In this document: positions 19,646 through 28,028 of the stretch, in pieces
Layout of the letters: each line of letters begins with the position of its first letter
Position numbering within the stretch: position 1 is the stretch's first letter
Assembly: GCA_025354385.1 (NCBI GenBank)
Contig: JANXMZ010000033.1
Location: 24,110-88,109, forward strand
Reading direction: 5' to 3'
DNA from: Bacteroidota bacterium
GTDB taxonomy: Bacteria > Bacteroidota > Bacteroidia > NS11-12g > UBA955
DNA: 64,000 bases
Position numbers and translations under genes: made by a program
Notes under the pieces: generated by a model
What the model was told of the DNA's origin: nothing
The model's database searches: none
The model's input: the letters and a program-made list of their open reading frames with translations, nothing else

Positions 19646-20729
19646 AGGAATACCTAATAATTACGGAGGTTTTGAGCAATTTGCCGAAAATTTTGCCCTT
19701 TATCTCAAAGAACAAGGACATGATGTATCGGTGTATAATTCATCGCTGCACCCTTACAAACAAAAACAATACAAAGGCGTGACAATTATTCACTGTTTCG
19801 ACCCCGAAAATAAAATAGGTACTGCCGGTCAGTTCGCATACGATTTGTGCTGTATACTCAACAGTAGAAGCAAAAAATTTGACATTATTTTACAATTGGG
19901 ATACACCAGCAGTTCTATCTTCAGTTTTCTTTTTCCGACATCGGCTACCATTGTTACCAATATGGATGGATTGGAATGGAAACGCAGCAAATATTCTCCG
20001 AAGGTTCAGAATTTTTTATTAAAAGCCGAAAAATGGGCCGTTAAAAATAGTGATACCTTGATTGCCGATTCCACTGAAATTCAAAATTATTTGATGCGCA
20101 CTTATCAGGCACCTGCCACTTATATTCCATATGGAGCAGATGTTTTTAACACCGCTGATATGCAAGAATTAATGCCCTATGAAGTGCAAGCGTATCGTTA
20201 TAATATTTTGATTGCGCGACTTGAACCAGAGAACAATATAGAGACTGTTATAAAAGCCCATTTGGAAAGTCATCACCCTTACCCCCTCTTGGTTATTGGC
20301 AATTATCACACGCACTACGGACAACAATTGAATAGAAAATATGCTTCAGATACCATCAGATTTTTAGGGGCTATTTACAATCAAAATACTTTGAACAATT
20401 TGCGCTATTATTCATCCATATATTTTCATGGGCATTCCGTTGGAGGCACTAACCCTTCTCTTATAGAAGCAATGGCAAGCAGCAGTTTTGTTTTTGCACA
20501 TAACAATGTTTTCAATCGCAATATTCTCGGGCCAGACGCCTTTTATTTTGACGAGGTAGAGTCATTAATAAAACTGCTTGAAAAAAATTATCAAAAAAAA
20601 GAAAATGTATCTTTCATAGAAAATAATATCCTAAAGGTCAAAGAAATTTACAGTTTAAAAAGCATACATGAACAAGTTGAAAATTTGTTCTTCCAATGCC
20701 TCAAAAATGCTCAAACAAGAACAACATAA
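19620..20729 (+). CDS. Glycosyltransferase with a DUF1972-type N-terminus (GT4/GT1 family)
   Basis: MKIGIIGTRGIPNNYGGFEQFAENFALYL is the DUF1972 signature. The C-terminal half has GGTNPSLIEAMAS. Confidence 0.85.
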   Translation: MKIGIIGTRGIPNNYGGFEQFAENFALYLKEQGHDVSVYNSSLHPYKQKQYKGVTIIHCFDPENKIGTAGQFAYDLCCILNSRSKKFDIILQLGYTSSSIFSFLFPTSATIVTNMDGLEWKRSKYSPKVQNFLLKAEKWAVKNSDTLIADSTEIQNYLMRTYQAPATYIPYGADVFNTADMQELMPYEVQAYRYNILIARLEPENNIETVIKAHLESHHPYPLLVIGNYHTHYGQQLNRKYASDTIRFLGAIYNQNTLNNLRYYSSIYFHGHSVGGTNPSLIEAMASSSFVFAHNNVFNRNILGPDAFYFDEVESLIKLLEKNYQKKENVSFIENNILKVKEIYSLKSIHEQVENLFFQCLKNAQTRTT

Positions 20730-21990
20730 CGCTCTGTACAAATACCTGCTGATGCTTGTAGGCATTAGTCTTCCATTGAACATACACATCAATGTTGCTT
20801 GCATTGTTTTGCTTTTTGTGAACTGGCTATTGGAAGGCGACTTTAGAAATAAAATAAATACACTTAAGGAATCGCCTTTTGCACTACTTTCTATTGCTTT
20901 ATTTATTTGGATTTGCATACAATTACTACTTACGGATGATGCCAACATGGGAAGATTTGCTATAGAAAAAAAGGGTGCACTTCTCATCATACCTCTTATC
21001 ATTCACAGTAAAAAATATTTATTCAAGAAATTCCTTGGCGATTTTTTGCGCGCCTTTACCATTGGCATTATTGACGCCATGCTTTTCTGTTTTGCAATGG
21101 CCTTGTGGCATTATTCAAAAGACCATCAAAGCAATCATTTAGTATACCACCAATTGGCCAGTGGTTTGCAACAATCTGCTATTTATATGTCGCTATTGTG
21201 CATGTTGGCGGCTACTTTCCTTATTTATAATTTAACTCATGGTGTACGGGGAATAAAAATCATAAATATTATTATGCTTTCTTTTCTTTGCTTGTGCATA
21301 CTACTCTTAAGTTCAAAATTACATATTGTTGTATTTTTTACGCTGGGAATTATAATCATTTATCCAGTTTTCAAAAAACAAAAACTTGTTTTCATTGGCG
21401 GTATTATTTTGCTTATCACAATGCTACTTGTTGGCATATTTACTAATAATTCCATAAAAAGAAGATATGCCGATATACATTTAGACCGCTTGCAAATGTT
21501 ACAACAACAACAGTACTCACGAGATGTGTATTTCGATGGACTGGCATTGCGTTTGGTGTTTATTCGATTTGGCTATGAAATTTTAAATGAAAATCATGCT
21601 TGGGTTTTAGGCGTTAGTCCGGGTAATAATCAAAACCTATTGAATCAAAAGATTGTAGATTATCATTTGTATACAGGAGATACTAAAGCAGGAAATACAG
21701 GATATCTAAATTATGAATATCACAACCAATACATGGAAACCTTGGTTGGTTGCGGGCTAATAGGCCTTTCTATTTTAATCGCATTGCTTTTTGTGGCCTA
21801 TAAGAACGGTAGGCAAAACAAGCACACACTTTTAATGGTTTATACTTCTATTTTTAGCATCTGCTTTTTAACGGAATCAATGCTCGAAATGGAAATAGGC
21901 ATTGTCAGTTTTACACTCTTTCTCTCCTTGCTTTCATTATACTCTCCAGCGACAAGCGAAGTTGCAGAACCTATTCAGTATTACGCATAA
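20668..21990 (+). CDS. O-antigen ligase/polymerase-like (Wzy_C-type) membrane protein, copy 2
   Basis: Polytopic membrane protein. YEYHNQYMETLVGCGLIGL matches the HNxYLxxLxExGxxG Wzy_C motif. An alternative start lies at 20707. Confidence 0.75.
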   Translation: MNKLKICSSNASKMLKQEQHNALYKYLLMLVGISLPLNIHINVACIVLLFVNWLLEGDFRNKINTLKESPFALLSIALFIWICIQLLLTDDANMGRFAIEKKGALLIIPLIIHSKKYLFKKFLGDFLRAFTIGIIDAMLFCFAMALWHYSKDHQSNHLVYHQLASGLQQSAIYMSLLCMLAATFLIYNLTHGVRGIKIINIIMLSFLCLCILLLSSKLHIVVFFTLGIIIIYPVFKKQKLVFIGGIILLITMLLVGIFTNNSIKRRYADIHLDRLQMLQQQQYSRDVYFDGLALRLVFIRFGYEILNENHAWVLGVSPGNNQNLLNQKIVDYHLYTGDTKAGNTGYLNYEYHNQYMETLVGCGLIGLSILIALLFVAYKNGRQNKHTLLMVYTSIFSICFLTESMLEMEIGIVSFTLFLSLLSLYSPATSEVAEPIQYYA

Positions 21991-22884
21991 ATGAACACCA
22001 ATCATACAGACTTAAGGAATGAAATATTAAAAGTGGTGAGTTATTATGCGCTTTTTAAACACCCATTATTAATGGATGAAATATACAGGTTGTTGCAAAT
22101 TAAAACAGAGCGAGAAGTATTCGACATTTGCTTTAACGAAATGCTTGCAGATGGCTATTTATATATGCACCACAATTATTACTCAACCATAGATGAAGCC
22201 AACCTCGTAACGAAAAGAGTAATGGGTGAAAAGAAAGCCGCAGAATTAATGCCCAAAGCGATTCTTTGTGCTCGCTTTATTTCAATTTTTCCGTTTGTGA
22301 AATTTGTTGGCATTTCGGGCTCACTTTCCAAATGTTATGCAGATACCAAAACTGATTTTGATTTTTTTATAGTTACTTCCACAAACAGATTATGGATATG
22401 TAGAACGCTGTTACATCTATTTAAAAAATGCACGTTCGTAATAAACAGACAACATTATTTTTGCATGAATTATTTTATTGATGAAAGCAGTTATGCTATC
22501 GAAGATAAAAATTTATTTGTGCGTTATGAATTAGCTCATTTAGTGCCCGTTTATAACAGCGAGAATTATCAAAAATTAATGTTGGCTAATGCTTGGGTAA
22601 AAAGTGAAATGCCTCAGTTTATGTTCTATGAAAAAGCATTGACAAATTATCAATCTGTTTTAAAAACAATTGCCGAAATTTGTTTGAGAATTTTGCCATT
22701 GAATAAATTGAATACATTTCTGATGCGATTAACAGACAATAAGTGGAGACGGAAATGGAAATACGCCAATTACCCAATGGAAGACTACGAACTGGCTTTT
22801 AGAACCCGCATCAATATTTCTAAAAACCATCCCATGAACCATCAGAAATCCATACTCACACAACTCTCAAAATTTGAAAAATAA
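21991..22884 (+). CDS. Hypothetical protein with a possible nucleotidyltransferase-fold core
   Basis: TAAATG junction with the upstream gene. GISGSLSKCYADTKTDFDFFIV resembles a GS...DxD pol-beta-type NTase motif. No family name recognised. Confidence 0.6.
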   Translation: MNTNHTDLRNEILKVVSYYALFKHPLLMDEIYRLLQIKTEREVFDICFNEMLADGYLYMHHNYYSTIDEANLVTKRVMGEKKAAELMPKAILCARFISIFPFVKFVGISGSLSKCYADTKTDFDFFIVTSTNRLWICRTLLHLFKKCTFVINRQHYFCMNYFIDESSYAIEDKNLFVRYELAHLVPVYNSENYQKLMLANAWVKSEMPQFMFYEKALTNYQSVLKTIAEICLRILPLNKLNTFLMRLTDNKWRRKWKYANYPMEDYELAFRTRINISKNHPMNHQKSILTQLSKFEK

Positions 22885-22890
22885 ACGCCT

Positions 22891-24330
22891 TTGAAAATCC
22901 TGTTCACACATTCTTACTTTTTGCAATTCGACCCCAAACAGGTTCAACATGCCATGCCCTACGCCCCCTTGGGAACTTTATTTGCCGCTGCATTATTAAG
23001 AGAAAATGGCATGGATGTGAGTTTGTTTGACACCATGTTTGCCCAAACACCAGAAGAAATTATTCCGAGTATTAAAAGTTTTAAACCAGATGTTTTGGCA
23101 ATTTATGATGATGGGTTCAATTACCTTACTAAAATGTGCTTAAGCAATATGCGCGAGGCTGCATTTAAAATGCTAGGATACGCCAAAATTGAAGGGTGCA
23201 AAGTAATAGTAGCCAGTTCGGATGCGACAGATCATTATGAGAAATATTTGAACAAGGGTGCAGATTTTGTAATTATCGGTGAAGCCGAATACACTTTATT
23301 GGAATTGTTGCAAAGCATGGCCAACCCAATAAATGATTACAAAAATATTGCAGGTATTGCTTATAAGGAAAAAGATAGCGTTGTGAAAAGCGATAAACGC
23401 GTTATCAAAAAAGATTTGGATGCTTTTCCTCTTCCTGCTTGGGATCTTATCAATATAGCGCCTTACAAAAAAGTATGGATGGAGAAGCATGGTTATTTTT
23501 CCGTAAACATTGCTACCACCCGCGGCTGTCCATATAAATGCAATTGGTGTGCTAAACCTATTTACGGTAATATTTACAACATGCGCAGTCCCCAAAATGT
23601 GATTAACGAAATGAAATTAATAAAAACTTATTTCGATTTCGATCATGTTTGGTTCTGCGATGATATTTTTGGATTGAAGCCAATTTGGGTTGAAGAATTC
23701 TCGGAATTGGTGAAAGAAGAAGGATTTAAATTTAAGTATAAAATTCAATCAAGAGCCGATTTACTCGTGATGGATAGATATGTAGAAAGTTTGGCTGCAT
23801 CTGGTTGCGATGATGTTTGGATGGGTGCAGAAAGCGGCTCACAGAAAATACTGGATGCTATGGACAAGGGCACAACGGTGGAACAAATTAAAAAAGCGCG
23901 ACAACTTTTAAAACAAAAAGGCATTAAAGCATCTTTCTTTTTGCAATTTGGATATTTAGGCGAAGACATGGAGGACATTCAAAAAACCATTGCACTCGTT
24001 GAGGAATGTATGCCTGATGATATTGGTATTTCTATTTCCTATCCTTTACCTGGAACTTCTTTTTTTGAAAAAGTTAAACACGATTTGATTAGTAAAACCA
24101 ATTGGACCGACTCAGATGAACTGGCGATGATGTTTAAGAATACCTATCCTCCTGCCTTTTATAAGACATTGCACCGCCTGATGCACAGCATTTATAGAAG
24201 GAGAATAGCATTGAATAAATTAAGTGGTAATGCTAAACTCTCAGAGAAAACAAAAGCCGTTGCTAGTTATATAAAATATAATTTAAAAGGTCGCATTCAA
24301 AAATACCAATTGCAAAAAAACAAAGCGTAA
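22891..24330 (+). CDS. B12-binding-domain radical SAM enzyme
   Basis: N-terminal B12-binding-like Rossmann region (PLGTLFAAALL...DVLAIYDDG...VIVASSDATD) followed by TTRGCPYKCNWCAKP (CxxxCxxC). TTG start. Confidence 0.88.
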   Translation: MKILFTHSYFLQFDPKQVQHAMPYAPLGTLFAAALLRENGMDVSLFDTMFAQTPEEIIPSIKSFKPDVLAIYDDGFNYLTKMCLSNMREAAFKMLGYAKIEGCKVIVASSDATDHYEKYLNKGADFVIIGEAEYTLLELLQSMANPINDYKNIAGIAYKEKDSVVKSDKRVIKKDLDAFPLPAWDLINIAPYKKVWMEKHGYFSVNIATTRGCPYKCNWCAKPIYGNIYNMRSPQNVINEMKLIKTYFDFDHVWFCDDIFGLKPIWVEEFSELVKEEGFKFKYKIQSRADLLVMDRYVESLAASGCDDVWMGAESGSQKILDAMDKGTTVEQIKKARQLLKQKGIKASFFLQFGYLGEDMEDIQKTIALVEECMPDDIGISISYPLPGTSFFEKVKHDLISKTNWTDSDELAMMFKNTYPPAFYKTLHRLMHSIYRRRIALNKLSGNAKLSEKTKAVASYIKYNLKGRIQKYQLQKNKA

Positions 24331-24373
24331 AAAATGAACGCTACAACAAATGGCATATCACCTTTAATAATCA

Positions 24374-24591
24374 TGACCCCGAAGGGGTCACATGTATATA
24401 ACCCCCGACTTCAGTTGGGGACCCCAATCCTCTCGTGCATTATAGTTTGGCGACTTATTACAAAAAGACTCATAACACTTTTCAAAACTATTACATATTC
24501 AAAATTGACCCCAGAGGGGTCATATATCTCTAACCCCCGAATGAGGTCGGGGGTCAATAATAACCCAAGCATGATGGTTTGGCGACTTATT
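24374..24591. repeat. Two ~86-bp structured repeat units (period 132 bp), each with two GC-rich hairpins plus a conserved GTTTGGCGACTTATT tail
   Basis: - Unit A, 24374-24459: TGACCCCGAAGGGGTCA...CCCCGACTTCAGTTGGGG...GTTTGGCGACTTATT.
- Unit B, 24506-24591: TGACCCCAGAGGGGTCA...ACCCCCGAATGAGGTCGGGGGT...GTTTGGCGACTTATT. Confidence 0.8.
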
Positions 24592-24650
24592 TGTGCTCTG
24601 ACAAATAAGATGACAAACCATCTACCACACTCAACTCATCTGGTATACTA

Positions 24651-25451
24651 ATGGATCACAATGTACATAAAGTAAGCGATGCATTCTCGAAACAATCTGT
24701 TGTGTTTGATAATTTGTATACGACCAATTTATTATCTGAGTACATGCGTCAAAAATTCAGAGAGGAATTAGTCTTACACCTTAAACCACAATCGCATATC
24801 CTCGAATTGAATTGTGGTACTGGCATGGATACTTTGTACATTGCAGGATTAGGTCATACCATACTCGCCACCGACAATGCAGATGGTATGCTGAAACACA
24901 TTAAAGAAAAGGTAGATAAATACCAATTGCAAGACAGCATTAAAATACAGAAATGCAACTTCGAACATTTGGAACAATTGCAACCCGAAAAATTCGACCA
25001 TATTTATTCTAATTTTAGCGGACTGAATTGCACTGAACAACTCGACAAGGTATTACAATCCATGACACCCTTATTGAACGACAAAGGAAAAATAAGCATG
25101 GTCATCATGCCAAAAATTTGTCCTTGGGAATTGATCATGTTATTCAAAGGTCAATTTAAAACAGCCTTTCGCAGATTTAAAAAAGGTGGCACTGATGCAC
25201 ATATTGAAGGAACAGTTTTTAAATGCTTTTACTACAATCCCAACTATGTTATTAAGGCTCTTAAAAAAGACTTTAAAATAGTATCACTTAAAGGTATTTG
25301 TATTACAGTGCCTCCGCCATTTATAGAAAATTTTGTTGAGCATAATCCTCGTTTATTTAAGTGGCTGAGTAAAATTGATTCCAAAATTGAAAAATACTTT
25401 CCTTTTACAGTTTGCTGTGATCAATTTATGATAACGCTGGAAAAAATATGA
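24651..25451 (+). CDS. Class I SAM-dependent methyltransferase
   Basis: ILELNCGTGMDT (motif I, GxGxG-like) and an overall Methyltransf_11/25-like layout. 266 aa. Confidence 0.85.
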   Translation: MDHNVHKVSDAFSKQSVVFDNLYTTNLLSEYMRQKFREELVLHLKPQSHILELNCGTGMDTLYIAGLGHTILATDNADGMLKHIKEKVDKYQLQDSIKIQKCNFEHLEQLQPEKFDHIYSNFSGLNCTEQLDKVLQSMTPLLNDKGKISMVIMPKICPWELIMLFKGQFKTAFRRFKKGGTDAHIEGTVFKCFYYNPNYVIKALKKDFKIVSLKGICITVPPPFIENFVEHNPRLFKWLSKIDSKIEKYFPFTVCCDQFMITLEKI

Positions 25452-25583
25452 GACAAATCACTCCTTAAAAATCATATTATCCACAGCGAGATAGCCTTCC
25501 TTATTGTTGGGTAAAAACCAACTGCACTTTTTTATTGGAGGAAACTCCACCCAAGGTGCGAGTCTAAGGATGCCAATTTTCCG

Positions 25584-27914
25584 TTACTTGCCCACCACCT
25601 CGAATTTCACTTGTTGCGAAAAACCATTCTCGTCCGTCAACAACAACACATGCTCTCCTATTACAGGATTCAATGCCATTTGATGAATCTCTCTGGTTTC
25701 ACCCAAATACACTTCATCTAAATGCCAGTATATTTTAACGCCCGAATTGCGATGTACTGCCTCAAATATTGTTTGCCCTACAGTTCCATCTATCTCAATG
25801 GGCACATATATTTTCGCTCGCGGCCTTGGCGATAAAATCGCCATAGATTTATCGCTTATTTTAGCCAAACACTCTGGCTTATAATCGGGCAATACTTTAT
25901 AATCGGGATGGTTATATTTATAGTATTTTTCTATGGCGGGTGGTAAAACATACCAAGTGGTATGTAAAATTTCAAATGGATTTTCACAATCGGCATCTAC
26001 GCGTTTTAAACTGTGTTTGTTTAAATGCACCAATTGATGATAAGGGCAAACTGTTGTATTCAAACAAGTAGTAGGCACCGTAACATTGTCGGCATGCTCG
26101 CATAATTCTCCTGCTCTGTAACCGCTTTCTCTGCATATTTTTATTTCAGTCATATCCTGCAATGGTTTTGAAAACCAAGATACCGACTTAGGCAATTGCT
26201 GAAACACATTGAACATTAATGGAGCTGCGGCTCTAATACCTGTGAGTCCTGGCCTACCTTCGCCATCGGCATTGCCCACCCATACCGCTACCACATAATC
26301 GGGTGTTATGCCTATGGCCCACGCATCTCTAAAACCAAAACTGGTACCTGTTTTCCAAGCTACTTTTTGTGCCCCAGCAAACACTTGCCAATTGCCATCT
26401 TCATCGGGTCGATTCACTTCGGTCATGGCCTCAAAGGTGGCATAAACACAGGCCTTACTCATAGGTTTAATTGTAGATATTGAATTATTTCTTTTAATCA
26501 ATAAGCTAATGGACTTGCATTCATTCATACTTAATTGCTGAGCCATGTTGGTGTAAATTTTATTTAAGTCCCACAGCTTTACTTCCGCTCCTCCTAGTAT
26601 CAACGATAAACCATAATGCCTGGCCGATTGGTTCAAGGTAGAAATCCCACAGCATTTTAAATGATGGTGAAATTTTTCGAGACCATACTCATTTAACAGA
26701 CGTACAAATGGAATATTCAAACTGCGAGACAATGCTTGATTAGCTGGCAAGGCCCCATCGTATTCTCTGCTGAAATTCTTAGGCGAAAAATTACCAAAAT
26801 GCGAAGGCACATCGAGCAATAAAGTTTTGGGATTTATTATACCATCTTCCATTGCCGCTTCGTATAACAAGGGTTTTAAAATACTGCCCGAACTACGAGG
26901 CGCCACTAGACAATCTACATTGCTGCTATTCTCCACCCCTTCCGAAAAAGTGTTTCCCACATAGGCTAACACCTGACCTGTTTTTATTGAAGTTACAACT
27001 ACTGCTCCATTAAAAATTTTATTATCTCGCAATTGCAAACTATGCTGTTTTAAAATGGCAGCTACTTTTTCTTGTAATACATAATCAATACTGGTAGTAA
27101 TGGTTTGTCCTTTCTTACCTTCTTTAATTAAGCGAACCAATAGATGCGGAGCCAATTGAGGCAAGGGCAAAGGCTTATCGGGCAACTGCTCGCTCAAAGC
27201 CAATTGAAAAGCGGTTTCATCTAATACACCAATGCTAAGCAAACGCCTTAATAAACGATTGCGCTTCGCCAATAATCGCTCGTGATTTTTACCCGGATAA
27301 ATTAAACCAGGTGTATTCGGCAATACAGCAAGGGTAGCACTTTCGGCCCAACTTAAACTCGAAGCACTTCGTCCAAAGTAGCGCCAGCTGGCCGCTTCAA
27401 GTCCTACCACATTGTTGCCAAAGGGAGCATGCCCTGTATAAAAACAGAGTATCTCCTTTTTTGAATATCGCCACTCTAGTCGAGTAGCAATAATCATTTC
27501 TATAATTTTTTCTAAGAATGTACGCCTCGGATTTTTTTTCATAATGCGCACAACCTGCATCGTAAGGGTGCTGCCTCCACTCACAATTTTCCTATTCTTG
27601 AAATTTTGCACCACCGAACGACCAATGCCTTGAATACTAACACCCGGGTGCTTATAAAAATTCCTATCCTCGAATTGAATGATACAGGTCTTGAATTTAT
27701 AAGGAACACTATCGGACTCGGCAAAGCGCCACTGCCCATCTTCAGCAATCTTAGCACCCAATAATTTTCCATTTCTATCAAGTACAACTGTGGCTGTCGA
27801 ATCGTTAAACAACTGTTTAGGCAGACAGAAGGCATACCAAATTAAAAACAAAATGAGAAGCAAAATACTTATCCATTTAAGTTGTGAGCGGTGTGCTTTG
27901 ATAAATTGTTTCAT
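25584..27914 (-). CDS. pbpC: Penicillin-binding protein 1C
   Basis: Glycosyltransferase-51 motifs (EDRNFYKHPGVS, GGSTLTMQ), a transpeptidase SGSILKP (SxxK) and KTGTS, plus a long C-terminal PBP1C-type extension. 776 aa. Confidence 0.9.
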   Translation of the reverse strand: MKQFIKAHRSQLKWISILLLILFLIWYAFCLPKQLFNDSTATVVLDRNGKLLGAKIAEDGQWRFAESDSVPYKFKTCIIQFEDRNFYKHPGVSIQGIGRSVVQNFKNRKIVSGGSTLTMQVVRIMKKNPRRTFLEKIIEMIIATRLEWRYSKKEILCFYTGHAPFGNNVVGLEAASWRYFGRSASSLSWAESATLAVLPNTPGLIYPGKNHERLLAKRNRLLRRLLSIGVLDETAFQLALSEQLPDKPLPLPQLAPHLLVRLIKEGKKGQTITTSIDYVLQEKVAAILKQHSLQLRDNKIFNGAVVVTSIKTGQVLAYVGNTFSEGVENSSNVDCLVAPRSSGSILKPLLYEAAMEDGIINPKTLLLDVPSHFGNFSPKNFSREYDGALPANQALSRSLNIPFVRLLNEYGLEKFHHHLKCCGISTLNQSARHYGLSLILGGAEVKLWDLNKIYTNMAQQLSMNECKSISLLIKRNNSISTIKPMSKACVYATFEAMTEVNRPDEDGNWQVFAGAQKVAWKTGTSFGFRDAWAIGITPDYVVAVWVGNADGEGRPGLTGIRAAAPLMFNVFQQLPKSVSWFSKPLQDMTEIKICRESGYRAGELCEHADNVTVPTTCLNTTVCPYHQLVHLNKHSLKRVDADCENPFEILHTTWYVLPPAIEKYYKYNHPDYKVLPDYKPECLAKISDKSMAILSPRPRAKIYVPIEIDGTVGQTIFEAVHRNSGVKIYWHLDEVYLGETREIHQMALNPVIGEHVLLLTDENGFSQQVKFEVVGK

Positions 27915-28028
27915 TATAATTCTATATTCAAAGTTGCAACCTATCCTTCTATTTTTTTGAGCATTCTATTATTCGTATGGTATTTAATTGGAAATGTTTT
28001 TTACCTTTGATTAATTGAAATTACATCC

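Noticed and set aside
20655-21002. A 115-aa minus-strand ORF across the GT/Wzy-like junction
   Set aside because: It is antisense to two co-directional, motif-supported genes and has no recognisable motif.
24334-24651. A 105-aa ORF between the radical SAM and methyltransferase genes
   Set aside because: Its sequence is generated by two copies of a GC-rich double-hairpin repeat: PEGSHVYNPRLQLG and PEGSYISNPRMRSG are translations of the hairpins. It has no start context and repetitive low-complexity content. I treat it as non-coding repeat DNA.
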